Below the pieces are notes generated by a model. The model was given only the letters and a program-made list of their open reading frames with translations, did no database searches and was not told the origin of the DNA. This document shows, piece by piece, positions 26,710 to 40,435 of a stretch of DNA of 64,000 nt; position 1 is the stretch's first letter; every line of letters begins with the position of its first letter. The stretch comes from Octopus vulgaris (Eukaryota), in contig OX597826.1 of NCBI GenBank assembly GCA_951406725.2, positions 45,136,001-45,200,000 of the forward strand. The letters are read 5' to 3'. The position numbers were made by a program, and so were the translations under genes.

Positions 26710-26950
26710 TCGAGCCGATCATAGCCTTTGAGTGGATCTTGTAGACGGAACTGAAAGAAATATATATATATAATACAAAAATGGGACAAGAATGCAAAAC
26801 ATCCTGAGAGTTAGGTGATACAAAAAAGGGGAAACAAATCATCCAGACAAACGATACAAAGAAAACAAGGACGGGTCATTCGGAGTTTTCTCTCCTCAGT
26901 CGAGTTCCAGATTAAGATTATCTTTGCAATTTCGGCTGATATATATATAC

Positions 26951-27007
<57 letters not shown>

Positions 27008-27170
27008 TTTGTATCTCTGTTTTTCCCCATGCCATCGCTTGACAACCGATGTTGGTGTGTTTCGTAACTTAGCGGGTCAGCAAAACAGACCGATATAATA
27101 ATTACTAGGCTTAAAAAGAATAGGTCGTGGGGTCGATTTCATCGATGATAACATTTTAAGGCGGTGCTCA
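26710..27170 (+). mobile_element. family C SINE with a ~170-bp insertion (26771-26938) in its internal (TA)n
   Basis: GAGTGGAT..GTAGACGGAA.CTGAAAGAA, then TA run, foreign segment, TA/(TG)n, and CATCGCTTGACAACCGATG tail. Confidence 0.75.
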
Positions 27171-27399
27171 GAACGACAAGCTTACTCACGGTTTTCGTGA
27201 AGTAAACTTCCTTCGCGGAGCATTAGCTTGCTCGGGGTTATAGCAGGGGTGGAAGATAAATGGTCATGGTGCCGCGCAGTGGCACTGAACTCGAAAGCAA
27301 GTAGTTTCCTCTTAACTTTTTAAGCACACTGTCTAATTTCGCAATCTCATTTTTATCCAGCCATTCATCGAAATTCCTAAAATAATGAAAAGGCATGTC

Positions 27400-27830
27400 T
27401 TGATTTGGTACTTTGAAAATGTCCGATTCTTAAACAAAGGGACCATATAACTTTCTGATTTATTAAACCAAATTGGTATTTATACGTTTTCAAAAGGTCT
27501 TCCATTTATATATTCATGTTTGATATTTTCCACAAATCCAGCACCTCTCTTCCTTTCTTTCATCATCTTTTATTCCATCAACGTTCTTTGATGGAATTTA
27601 AGTGCAAACGTGTACATAAATCATGAGAATCATGCAAACGCATATATTTCAATAGATATGTATGTAAACGAAAATTATGTAAATATGTGTGCATGTAAAC
27701 ATATGCAAATAAAACTTACATACATGCAAGTTAAAGAAAAATCAGGAATTTCAGATCACACCTTCATTCATAAGAGTTTTATTTAACAGCTATTTATACT
27801 CCCGATTCATTCAATAAAATGTAATTCGCA
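27400..27830 (-). repeat. unclassified AT-rich repeat, copy 2 (inverted relative to 22731-23400)
   Basis: See copy 1. Confidence 0.7.
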
Positions 27831-28097
27831 TACACCAACTTCACCGATACGACTCTCTTTCCCTCTCCGCTGGCACATACGTATATATATATATATATAT
27901 ATTTATATTATATGCACTTAAATACACACAAGCACGCACACAAACACACACGAGCGTGCACACACACACATACACGCACGCACGTGCACACTCACTCATA
28001 TACACACACATGTATAGTATGTGTTATTTAAATAAATAATATTCTCATACATAGATATGAATATATATATGTATATATATATATTATATATATATAT

Positions 28098-28258
<161 letters not shown>

Positions 28259-28599
28259 TATATATATATATGTATATATATATTCATATATATTTATGCA
28301 TACATACGTATGCATGCATCTACACTCACACATACGTCCATAAACAAGTGTGTAGTCACGTGTGTGTATGTATGTGTGCGCGCATGTGAGTGTGTGTGTG
28401 TATGTGTGTGTGTGTGTGTGTGTGTGTTATTAAAACTTTTCTAAAGTGTTCGATGTAATAGGTCGCAGCAGCAGCAGCAGCAGCAACGGCGGCAGCAGCA
28501 GCAACAGTGGAAGCAAAATACCCTTTTTATAAAATGTTACAGTAATCCAACTTCCGGATTACTTGGTGGTATGAATAAACACTATGACTGCATTCATAA

Positions 28600-29750
28600 C
28601 ATTTCTCCCATTCAATATCGAATGTTAAATGCGTGGAAACTTCTAGATTACAGCGATAGAATTTTCTTTATCGTTGAGTTCTAGTTGGAATAAAAGCATA
28701 GAAGACGCCGTCTATAGCATCAAAATTACATCAATGTATATAAAAGTTAGTGACTGGAGCGCGTCAAACAGAATTGGAATGAAACATAGCTAGTCAGTAG
28801 GTCAGGTGTTGTAAAATGTATCTACGTTTTGAGTCTATCAGTTAAAACGAGAAAATTTTGGCTGTAACTGATAGTTAAGTATACAGCAGGTGTGAGAAAT
28901 AAATTTGCTGAAGATAGCTTGTGCTTATGAGATTGTATATATTAATGGGGGTAGAGATATGAGTGAGTAAATTTGGTAACACCTCTTAAACAAGATTATG
29001 CTGGAGTTACGACTATTTCATTTAATGTGGTTGTTGCAAATGATGGTGTAATGATGAAAGTCGTGTTGAGTTAGCTGGTTACTTAGAAAACACTTATACT
29101 AAATTACTACATTTCTGTGTGTGTGTTTTTGAAGTTTAAACTAACACAAGCAGACAAGTTTGTTAGAGTTCAGGTAAACGAGGAAATAAATCGAAGAAAG
29201 TAAAAACGTCTGTATTGAGAAAATAGGTATATTCAGATTTAGATCTGGCCATAATTGAAGAGATGCCTCTGATTATAGTGTCGGAAGTAGAGAAAAAGAA
29301 TTAGAAGAAGAAGAAGAAGAAGGTAAAGCTGAGCTTACAGCTAACAGATTTCACATCTCCATTGTAAGTCATCTAAAAGGCATAATTTGATTTGGCTGTA
29401 TTTTTGGAAAATATTTAAGAATGTTCATCTGTGGAAAAATCGTTGAAGTTTAAGCGGAATGTCAGAATAAGTTCAATAATTGGGGATCTGTCTTCAGCTG
29501 GCCTGAAAAGTAGGTTGCTTCAGTAACCAATTATCTGAGATTGATAATCGCTAACAAGAATTTGTATTTTCCGTGTTTATAACCTAATGGCAGATAAGCT
29601 GTCTAATGAAAACAGACTTAGAAAAACATAATAATAGGAATTTGTTGATTTCTTTGTTCTTTGGAGAGAAATTACAAAAATGTGTTGTCTGTCTTGAAAG
29701 AGAATTCTAGTGATAGACGTTTGATCATATTAACGTAAAACTGATTATTA
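28600..29750 (-). pseudogene. old Penelope-like element remnant (RT to EN)
   Basis: In correct order on the minus strand: NFSPKNKEINK (resembles FLPKIHK), IIELILTFRLNFNDFSTDEH (resembles LVLTLNxFSFNDEHY), NYAF. Many stop codons. Confidence 0.4.
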
Positions 29751-30599
29751 TGATGTTCCGATATTCTCTCAAGCGGTTTTAACAACAGGTAACTTCAAGG
29801 AGAAACTATATCCATTAAGCTAAGATATATATCATACAATAATTAACAGGAAATATGTTGTATGGGATATGACATACAGATTTTCAATAATTATTCCTTT
29901 TTAATTTTAAATGATAAAGTCGATATCAGCATGAGACTACAAAGCGAGTAAATTTTCAGCATACGTAGTTTGATAAATTGATAGAAAAAAAAGGAAAAAA
30001 GAAAGAAAAAAAAATAATTTCAAACAGGCATTGAAAAATTGTCCAAGTATCCATTGCAGAAAATTGAAGAAATTGGTTATTATTTCAAATAATCATTATA
30101 CAAAACTATTCGAACATTTATTTATTGCTGATTGAGCAATCCTTATCGTCTGCTTTGAACTAATCATATCAGTTGGATTGTTGCCACATAGAAACAAGGC
30201 AATACTAGTGATGTCGAGTTATCACCCTTGATTGTCATGTGCGATAACAAGAAACATTGATAACCAGGAACCGATTAACTGTCTATTTTGAGCTATTTTA
30301 ACGTAGTGATTTCGATTTCAGAATTAATAAGCTATGTTTGCTCTACTCTGGAAATATCATTATCAGTATTAGCTATAAATCAGTAGAATTGTTGGAAAAC
30401 GGTCAAATATTTCTTTTATTCATTCTGGCTCTTCAAGTGCTGGGTTCAGGTTCTGCTAAGCTCAGCTTTACCTTTCATCCTTTCGGGGGGTGATATAATA
30501 AAGTACCAATCAAGTACTGAGGCAGATAGTATCCACTAATCCCCTCCCTTAAAAATACTAGCTCTAGACCAAAATTTCAAGCCATTATCAATATCATTA

Positions 30600-30810
30600 A
30601 GACGCGAACTAACAGAATCTTTAGAGTGTCGGACAAAATTTTTAGAGGCATTTCCTTCGGTTCCTTACGTTTTGAGTCGAAATTCTGCCGAGTTTGATTT
30701 TGTCTTTCCTACTATTCGGGTCGATAAAACAAAGTACCAGTCAAATATTGGGGTTCGGTGTAATCCAATTGTTCGCTCTACCCTCAAAATTTCAGACCTT
30801 ATACTAAAAT
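30600..30810 (+). mobile_element. diverged family D SINE (another decayed copy lies at about 30380-30590)
   Basis: TTACGTTTTGAGTC.AAATTCTGCCGAG..GTCGATAAAACAAAGTACCAG. Confidence 0.75.
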
Positions 30811-30873
30811 AAGATAGAAATATTGAGAGTTGATTGGCAGAATTATTGGAAAAATGAAAAAAACTCTTTCGTA

Positions 30874-31044
30874 GGCGCAGGAGTGGCTGTGTGGTAAGTA
30901 GCTTCCTTACGAACCACATGGTTCCGGGTTCACTCCCACTGCGTGGCACCTTGGGCAAGTGTGTTCTACTATAGACTCGGGCTGACCAAGGCCTTGTGAG
31001 TGGATTTGGTAGATGGAAACTGAAAGAAGCCCGTCGTATATATG

Positions 31045-31077
<33 letters not shown>

Positions 31078-31300
31078 ATATGTTTGTGTATTTATGTGTT
31101 TGTGTTTGTGTTTGTACCCCCAACATCACTTGACAACTGATGGTGGTGTGTTTATGTCCCCGTAACTTAGCGGTTCGGCAATAGAGACCGATAGAATAAG
31201 TACTAAGGTTACAAAGCAATAGGTCCTGGGGTCGATTTGCTCGATTAAAGGCAGTGCTCCAGCATGGCAACAGTCGGATGACTGAAACAAGTAAAAGAGA
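30874..31300 (+). mobile_element. family C SINE, full length
   Basis: tRNA-like head GGCGCAGGAGTGGCTGTGTGGTAAG..GGGTTCACTCCC, internal (TA)/(TG) tract, tail GACTGAAACAAGTAAAAGAG. Confidence 0.93.
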
Positions 31301-31534
31301 GTAAAAGCGAAAGAGAATAGAATTTGTTCTGGCTCTTTATATACGGAGTTCAACAGACAAATACCTACATATAAGCACACCCTAACTAGTTCAGACATCT
31401 CTAAGACAATAGAATAACAGAACCTTGTCACTTTCTAAGTAACCGGTTTGAATTTCACAAAGGAACAAAACTTAAATAAATATATATAAAAATATGCGAA
31501 CTTGAGGTTAGTTAAAATAAATTTCATATACACA

Positions 31535-32206
31535 CCGTAAATCCTCGAGTATAGTCCGCCCTTGCGTATAATACGCAGGGGATTTTTAGGGGGCTGTACC
31601 TCTGAAAAACCTAAACCTTGTGTATAATACGCACCCCTTCTCTAACTTGAGTCAAGGAGGTCTATATAACGTCCTTGGTTTGTAAAAATGTATACGGTAA
31701 CGTCCTTTATTATTATTGTATATATAACATAATGGTGGACAAAATTTTTAGAGGCATTTCCTCCGATTCCTTACGTTTTGAGTCCAAATTCTGCCGAGTT
31801 TGATTTTGTCTTTCATACTATTCGGATCGATAAGACAAAGTACCAGTCAAATATTTGGGTCGATGTAATCCACTTGTTCTACCCTCAAAATTTCAGAACT
31901 TGTACTAAAATAAGAGAGTTGATTGGCAAACGTGTAGCTTTTTTGTGCATTTTGTTTGCAGAAAACAAAGAAAAACAGTAATAACGTTTAATAAATGTTG
32001 CTAACTGCAAGTTAGGGATGATTTAAGGTATTTTCGCGCCTGACATCACAAAATGCGTCTAAATAAACATTGCCGGACAGCAAATAGAGACTCGGACATT
32101 GCTTAGAAAATAATTTTCATTTTTTAACCTCGTATATAGTACGCACTAGGGATTTTGACCTTTAAATTTTGGGGAAAAAATGCGGATTATACTCGAGGAT
32201 TTACAG
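31535..32206. mobile_element. pogo/Tc2-type MITE with 25-bp TIRs
   Basis: CCGTAAATCCTCGAGTATAGTCCGC ... GCGGATTATACTCGAGGATTTACAG|TA, with subterminal GTATAATACGCA repeats. Confidence 0.85.
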
Positions 32207-33168
32207 TACCACCATAAATATACAGAAAAGTAGACAATGAGTACAGTGAAATTGCATTGGTGAGGGGGAAATCAAACGCTTGAGATAGAGACTTTCTTAA
32301 GGGAAATGTCGGCTGGATGAAATTAAAGAACTGCAGCAGTGTTTTACACCTTCTGTCAAGTACAGCAATTATGTTGTAACAGAAGCCAAGGGCAGGGGCG
32401 AGAGTGAATGGTGAAGGAAAAACAGGACACCAAGTTTGGGGTTGAACTGGCTTTGTCATCTCAGGTGGATGAGAGATGCGTAACTGGCGAGAGAAATAGT
32501 GAGAGTGAAAGAGAGAAAGACAAAGAGAGCAAAAAAAAATGGGAGAAAGAGAGCGTGAAAGAGAGAGAAAGAGATACTGAAAACACAGCGGGAAAGAAAG
32601 AAAAAGAGAGAGATGACAGAAGTAGTGTTTGTTAAAAATTTATTCTACCTTATTTGAGGTTCCGATGAAAGCGTGACTGGTCGGTAGCTTTTAAGATCAG
32701 AGAGCCTGGAACATTGCAGAGAGTTTCCAAAGGGCTTGAAGAGATCGAGATGCAGAGAGGGAGAGGAAGAGAGAAAGAGAGAAAGAGAGAAAAAGAGAGA
32801 GAGAGAGAGAGAAAGTAAGAGAGAGAGAGTTACTTTGATGTGTTTGGTAATGAGTCAAAAGGCGAAACACATTTGTTGCCATGGATACTCAGCACAGACC
32901 TTGTGAAACTCAATGGTTGGGGAAACTGTAGGATTATTAAGGGTATTTTGCATTAATTACACAATAATCGGATGATACAGAGACGAATTAAAAGTTCTGT
33001 TTCAACGGGAGAAAATAACTAAGTGTATATGGCATGGCTCTTTGCTTCTCCAAAATGCAGGTAGTTGTGGATAGCATCTAAGGTAGGTATTTCGAAACGG
33101 CAAACGATTCGGTGTTTCCATCAGTAACATGATTCCCTTGGCGATGCAAAATCCGGTGTCTGTGTATG

Positions 33169-33251
<83 letters not shown>

Positions 33252-33597
33252 ATACACACACACACATACGCCCACCCGCACGCATACATATACACTCACG
33301 CATATCTATAACATACGTTTTATTGTCTTATATAGGAAAGGAGGGCATTCGAGGCGAATACGCACGCAATGGCTAACATCAATGTTGAAAGAAATTTAGA
33401 TATCAGAGATGAAATTATGAGTTAACTCCTGCATCTCTAAATTTACACTTAACACATCTATAGTTCTAAATTACCATTTCACTAAATACAGTTGTACTTT
33501 CTTTGCAAGCCTGGTGGGAATATTACTCATCTATGAATTAACCTCGTAAAACGCTTCATTGAGTGACCTGGTGTTTGTATTATATTACGTTATATTA

Positions 33598-33966
33598 GGA
33601 GGCGCAATGGCCCAGTGGTTAGGGCAGCGGACTCGCGGTTTCAATTCCCAGACCGGGCGTTGTGAGTGTTTATTGAGCGAAAACACCTAGAGCTCCACGA
33701 GGCTCCGGCAGGGGATGGTGGTGATCCCTGCTGTACTCTTTCACCACAACTTTCTCTCACTCTTACTTCCTGTTTCTGTTGTACCTGTATTTCAAAGGGC
33801 CGGCCTTGTCACTCTCTGTGTCACGCTGAATATCCCCGAGAACTACGTTATGGGTACACGTGTCTGTGGAGTGCTCAGCCACTTACACGTTAATTTCACG
33901 AGCAGGCTCTTCCGTTGATTCAGATCAACCGGAGCCCTCGTCATCGTAACCGACGGAGTGCTTCCC
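33598..33966 (+). mobile_element. family A SINE with 11-bp TSD
   Basis: Near-identical to 7167-7552. ACGTTATATTA occurs at 33587-33597 and 33967-33977. Confidence 0.95.
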
Positions 33967-34116
33967 ACGTTATATTATATATTATATTTTATTATATTAT
34001 ATTATATTTTATAGTATATTATATCATCGTATAGTATATTATATTTTAATATATTTTATTACATCATATTATATCTAATTACATTATATTATATGTCTCT
34101 AGATGAGTATTTACGT

Positions 34117-34144
34117 GTTTGTTTTTATATTCCTGCAGGTAAGT
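34117..34144 (+). promoter_or_regulatory. candidate recursive splice site (3'SS fused to 5'SS)
   Basis: GTTTGTTTTTATATTCCTGCAG|GTAAGT. Confidence 0.5.
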
Positions 34145-35346
34145 ATGTGCGTACTTGTGAGTGTATATGTATGCATTTTATAAAATTCTTATTCTCAAAA
34201 CATTTACTAGCAGCAATTAATATGTATCTTTTTTTAAAAATTGTCACATGTAATATATGGCATAAAAATATAAGTACACAGGATATTCTATCGAAACGCA
34301 TTTCTTAGCGGAGAATAAATATGGCTTTTTTTCTTGAAGGATGGAGGGTCGCACGCAGACAATTTGTTTACGAACGTTTTATAGACATCATGCAGAGCTT
34401 GGAAGCTAAGTGATTTTCCCTATCAGGAAGTTTAGATAATAAGCTATTTATACGGTTACCTAGTAAATATATTTGAATTGGATGTAATCATTAAAGATGC
34501 AATGGACGACATTTATAAAGATACCAGTCTTTTATTTGTTATCAAACCGGTGTCTGTATACAATGCGGAAATAAAAGTAAAGAGCTTATATACCTTATAC
34601 ACAGCATGAGCTTTATATAAGCAAATACATGGCTGTCTTATACAGGCATGGCTCAGTGGTTAACAAGTTTGCTTCGCAACCACGCGGCATGTTTAGCAGA
34701 TGTTCTCTAATACAGCCAAGAAACAGCCAGAACCTTGTGGATAAAACTGGTTGACGGAAATTGCATATGTATGTATGAGTGCGTGCGTGTGTGTGAGTGT
34801 GTGCGTAAAGGTATATATATATATATGTATGTATGTATGTCTATTTATGCATACACGCACACGTTTATATATAATGTATACTCATATATACATATATCCA
34901 TATAATATATATAAGATTTCCGAAAGTTCGTTTATGTTTGTTTATTTGTATTTTGAAATTAGCTATTTCATCTTTAAATATGAAAAATTAATTTATTAGG
35001 TTTTTATTATATGTGCATATATATTTATTTATAGAGATTATTTTAGATCTTAATTATAATATTTATATACATTTATATATTTTCATTGATAATTTATATA
35101 TATTAGTCATTTTTAAATATTTATGTAATTAGATATAGACTAATACCGATATTAGATTATTGGTGGGTTTCCTACCTTATAAATTAAAATTAATATTTAA
35201 CATTATAGTCGATTTTGATATAATCATAATTGTTAAGTTTTATGTTTCTAGTTTGATAATAGAGTTTATTATAAGTAAAATTATTATATTATTTATATCT
35301 TAAAAATATTGTTTAAATATTTCTCATTATATTTTAGATATTTCAA

Positions 35347-35420
35347 TTAACCTGAAGATTGACTGTAACCATAACTCGAATTATTACGAATTGTACAGCC
35401 ATGAAACGATCGTAGTGTTT
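35347..35420 (+). ncRNA. type I hammerhead-like motif with long stem II, inside an AT-rich block (about 34910-35650)
   Basis: CUGAAGA-uugaCUGUA...UACAGccau-GAAA-CGAUCG-UA. Stem III ACGAUCGU is a perfect palindrome. Stem I is weak. Confidence 0.6.
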
Positions 35421-35652
35421 TACTCTTTATCTTTTATTAAACTTTTAATACTTTTGATATATATTTAAAATAATATAAATTAATAATTTTATGTATTGGC
35501 TTATGTTTTTCATTGTTTGATTTGCCTAATAGTGGTTTTATCTCTAATTTAATATAATATAATATAATATATTTATACTATAAAATTGGATTTAATCCTA
35601 AATCTGATTTTTCCCTGTAAGTTTGGATTTATTCCCTAATATTTTATTATTA

Positions 35653-35686
<34 letters not shown>

Positions 35687-35799
35687 GCATATATATATAT
35701 ATATATTTATGTGTGTATGTAATTATGTATCTGTATGTGTGTGTATATATATATATATGATATGCATGTATGCGAGAGCATGTATGGGTGAGCATGTAA

Positions 35800-35834
<35 letters not shown>

Positions 35835-36047
35835 CACGTGCACACCACCTGTGTTTGTTTGAAAGCAATGATACTTTGTTAGCATTTCCAGAATTTACTA
35901 GTCCGGCAGAGAAATCTTAAAAATAATATAGATGATCGAGTAGATTTCATCCTGTATGCATTCTGAAGAACCAGAATCCTTGTTCTGTACCAGATCATTG
36001 ACCTGTACACACACACACACATACACACATAAATATATAGTGATTTC

Positions 36048-36322
36048 GTATGGCTCAGTGGTTAGAGCTTCGGACTTACAATCGCAAAGTTGTAAGTTCG
36101 ATTTCCGGACCAGGAAGTCACTTTATTTCAAGTTGTTTCAGTTCAGTCAGCCGTAGCGACGTCACTGATGCCAAGCTGTATTGCACTTTGCCTTTCTATT
36201 GGACAATATCAGCCGCATGGAGAAGGGAGACTGGTATGATGGGCGACTGCTAGTCTTCCACAAAACAACCTTGCCGGACTTGTGCCATAGAGGGGAATTT
36301 TCCATGCGTGACCTAAGGAATC
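36048..36322 (+). mobile_element. family B SINE, diverged
   Basis: TGGCTCAGTGGTTAGAGC..GTTCGATTTCC..GCGACGTCACTGATGCCAAGCTGTAT..GGGCGACTGCT. Confidence 0.85.
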
Positions 36323-36325
36323 CTG

Positions 36326-36679
<354 letters not shown>

Positions 36680-36751
36680 AATTATTAATAAATTCGACCA
36701 AGCAGTATTCGGTATGTAAAGACCATTTACGGTATATTTGAAGTATTAATT

Positions 36752-36921
36752 TATAAAAATATGCACGCTAAAGAATTCACTTTACCAACACCGAACTTTT
36801 CCGTAAATAGCAGCCAAAAATTATATTTGCAGTTGAAGAAATATGCCAATTTTTGGCTGCTATTTCGGCAAAGTTAGGTGTGTGGTAAAGTGAATTCTTT
36901 TACTTTTGCCATATTTTTATA
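36752..36921. repeat. fold-back inverted repeat (arms about 77-83 bp, loop about 10 nt)
   Basis: AAGAATTCACTTTACCA..AAATAGCAGCCAAAAATT / AATTTTTGGCTGCTATTT..TGGTAAAGTGAATTCTT. Confidence 0.92.
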
Positions 36922-36922
36922 C

Positions 36923-36953
<31 letters not shown>

Positions 36954-37233
36954 ACTAAAAGCTGACACATCTAATTCCAAGGATTTATATATTGAACAAT
37001 AAGCTTTAAGCTAAATGTCCATTTGATATCGAAATATAACCAACAATAATTAAACTGTGAGACACACATCTGCTGATCAATACACACAATCAAATTAAAT
37101 AAAATTTGGGATTTTGTGGAGGGTCAAAATAGGTAACACAAACAGGACAATGAAAACAGATAGGTATGGCTGCTAAACCTAAACGAGGTTGAGGTTGTGG
37201 TGGCGAACACGTACATATATAGCTGTTGCGGTA

Positions 37234-37621
37234 TCTCTCTATATATAAACGGCAGTTTGTCTGTGCGTGTTTCTGTGTGTCTGTTTTCTCGTACCCTCAC
37301 CCTGACCACGGCTTTCAACCGATTCTGATGAAACTTGACACACACATAGCCCAATGTCATAATTCAAAACTAACGCAGCGAAAATTTTGAAAAGTTAACC
37401 CCAGTTCTGAAAAAAATCGATAAATTCGACATGGGGTCGAGAATAAAAAAAAACAAACCACAGACTGTCTAGGGGACGCAACTCAACCTTTTTTTACTCT
37501 CAAAAAAAAATTTACCATAATTTTTTTTCCATTTTTTTGCTATTTTTTGGCTATAACTCTCTAAAAATGCTTTATAGTTATTTCCCTTACAAACCTGAGC
37601 AACTCCGGGCGATACTGCTAG
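37234..37621 (+). mobile_element. non-autonomous Helitron (388 bp)
   Basis: A|TCTCTCTATATATAAACGGCAG start, subterminal imperfect hairpin CCTGAGCAACTCCGGG, CTAG|T end, no TSD. Confidence 0.88.
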
Positions 37622-38539
37622 TGTATGCATATTTGTACGTATGTCACTGTTAAGTTTTATTTCGAGATTTCTTGCCAATAGAGAAAGAGCCGGTTTCTAA
37701 CCTAGATCCCAAACTCTTTCATTAGAATTTCAACATCAACAACAGGGTATTTTTGTGTGTATGTATGTATATGTGCAGATTTGTATGTTTTGTGTTATGC
37801 ATACGTTCTCGTGCATATAGTTGCGTATCTAGACATGCTCATATATATTTAAAGGATAAACTTCTGGAAAGTTTTACAGATTTTTACAGTTCCAGTGATG
37901 GATTGGATCTGTAATCTTCAAATCAGCTTTCACCTTTCAGGTTTTGAGAAGCCTAATTTCTCAAGATTGGTATTTAGGCAGTATGTTACATACCCTTGAG
38001 CGGTAATATTATGTATGTATGTATGTATGTATGTGTGAATGTGTGTATATAAATACACGTTGAGAGAGAGAGAGAGTGAGAGAGAGACAGAGAGACAGAG
38101 ATAGAAAGAGAGAAAGACAGAGAGAGACAGAGAGGGAGACAGACAGTCAGAGACGTGGAGGCAAAAGTGATGCAATGTTGCCGAGTATTTAATATGTTCG
38201 TTTTGCAATCATTTGATACCGAGTTCGACTCTACGGAGGAGGACCTTAGGCAAATGTAATTTTCTATAGCCTCTGTGACACATTCTTTGAGAGGCAACCA
38301 AATTGGATAGCGGGGACACTGCACAGAATTCCTGCGAGTGGATTGAACTTGTATTTCAAAACTTACAGGTATGTCAGTCACAGTATCGTAGCACGCTGGT
38401 TTTATCGAAGGTAAACGTGTGGTTTGCTACTATTGTGATGCAATCTGGGACTTGATCAACCCTGGATGGCACAAGTTGAATTTGATGGATTTCTGTTCTC
38501 AAGCGATTAGAATTAATTTGTTTGATCTGCTGAATAACT

Positions 38540-38770
38540 ATTTCTTTATTACTCACAAGGGGCTAAACACAGAGGGGACAAACAAGGACAGACATAGGTA
38601 TTAAGTCGATTACATTGACCCCAGTGCGTAACTGGTATTTAATTTATCGACCCCGAAAGGATGAAAGGCAAAGTCGATCTCGGCGGAATTTGAACTCACA
38701 ACGTAACGGCAGACGAAATATCGCTAAGCATTTCGCCCGACGTGCTAACGTTTCTACCAGCTAGCCGCCT
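38540..38770 (-). mobile_element. family D SINE, full length
   Basis: TTTATCGACCCCGAAAGGATGAAAGGCAAAGTCGA.CTCGGCGGAATTTGAACTCA..CTAAGCATTTCGCCC. Confidence 0.92.
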
Positions 38771-39142
38771 AATCTGCCGAATAACTGGTTCACGACTTAA
38801 CATGTGTGTGGTGGTGGTGGTAGTGGTGGTGGTGGTGGTAGTGGTGGTGGTGGTGTGTGTGTGTGTGTGTGTGTGTGTAAATGGTTTGCTCTGTATAGCA
38901 CTGAAAACCCGTTCAAAGGTAATATTGGCCTGTCGGCCTAGTCTGCGTGGTGGCATCATTCGAAAGCTGCAACAATGCGAGGAAGTGCATCGTGGCTAGC
39001 AGTGCATAACAACGAGCCGTAGTCTGGGTGATAGTGATGGCGTGATATATCTACATCTATAGCTATATTTATATTTATAGCTATATCAATATCTATATCT
39101 AAATATATATTAATCCCTACTAAGTATATTAATCCCTACTCA

Positions 39143-39729
39143 GTAGCAAAAAAATTCTAGAAAAAATTCTCCGCTACCAGCGGTCTAGTGAGGAAGAAAA
39201 TATAGTCAAAGACTATATAATATACATTCAACAATATAAGGAATGGCCCTGATAGGCCATTCGACTCACTAGAAAGAGCAGCCAAACTCAAACCGCTAAA
39301 TTGTTGTAATTCTGAAATCGGTTTGAGTTTGGCTGATCTTTCTAGTGAGTCGAATGGCCTATCAGGGCCAATCCTTATATTGTTGAATGTATATTATATA
39401 GTCTTTGACTATCTTCCTTATCACTGGACCGCTGGTAGCGGAGAATTTTTTCTAGAATGTTTTTGCTACCCTTATATTTATTAATTAATGATTTTTTAGC
39501 TAATTTTGAAATTAAATCAGCAGTTCATACTCGCAAAGAAGAAAACCGCGCGGTAGCGGTGGATTTTGAAAATTTAGAGCATATAGGCTTGAGGCTTCCT
39601 TGCTGTAGCCTCGTGGACATATTATTTCTCTTCAAATTTCAGAATTACAACTATTTAGCGGTTTGAGTTTGGCTGCTCTTTCTAGTGAGTCGAATGGCCT
39701 ATCAGTGCCATTCCTTATATTGTTGAATA
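39143..39729. repeat. young fold-back palindrome (39143-39295 / 39319-39469) plus a third, inverted partial copy (39636-39729)
   Basis: Arms are nearly identical, for example GAATGGCCCTGATAGGCCATTCGACTCACTAGAAAGAGCAGCCAAACTCAAACCG and its reverse complement. Confidence 0.95.
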
Positions 39730-39953
39730 TATCTAAATATATATATATATTTAGATATATATATAAGGAGTAGTTTATATGCATTATTTTTATTGTATTA
39801 TTAATTTACATATTGATCTATATTGTTTTGTTCGATTTTCATGTTCCTATTTATATAATTAATAAATAATATGAAATTGTAATATCTGTAAGTTGATGAT
39901 CGAAATGAATTGGTTCCTCCATTTTCTTATTTGTATATATATATATATATTTT

Positions 39954-40325
39954 GGCTCCCCGTCGATTGCGACGACGAGGGTTCCCGTTGATTCGATCAG
40001 CATGCTCATGAAATTAACAGGCAAGTGGCTGAGCACTCTACAGACACGTGTACCCTTAACATAGTTCTCTGGTAGAGTCAGCGTGACACGCAGTGTGACA
40101 AGGCTTGCCCCTTTGAAATACAGATACAACAGAAACAGGAAGAAAGAGTAAGAGAAAGTTGTGGTGAAATAGTACAGCAGGATTCGCCACCCACCCCCTG
40201 CTGGAGCCTTGTGGAGCTTTAGGTGTTTTCGCTCAATAAATACTCACAACGCCCGGTCTGGGAATCGAAACCGTAATCATATGACCGCGAGTCCGTTGCC
40301 CTAACCACTGGGCCATTGCACCTCC
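39954..40325 (-). mobile_element. family A SINE
   Basis: Reverse complement of the 7167-7552 sequence with scattered substitutions. Confidence 0.93.
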
Positions 40326-40404
40326 ACATATATACATATACACCCGGACAAACATACATATGTTTATATATATGTGTGTGTGTGTGCGTGCGTGTGTGTG
40401 CGTG

Positions 40405-40435
<31 letters not shown>

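Noticed and set aside
26865-26935. Minus-strand CUGAGGA-GAG-AAAA-CUC-C-GAAU as a hammerhead
   Set aside because: GAAU instead of GAAA and no stem I pairing. Kept only as a TA-embedded cassette.
28466-28506. (CAG)n as a poly-Q/A exon
   Set aside because: Short, with no convincing splice sites or sustained reading frame around it.
39241-39275. CTGATAG..GAAA as a hammerhead core
   Set aside because: CTGATA is the loop of a local hairpin, the core is not CUGANGA, and no stem III/UH follows.
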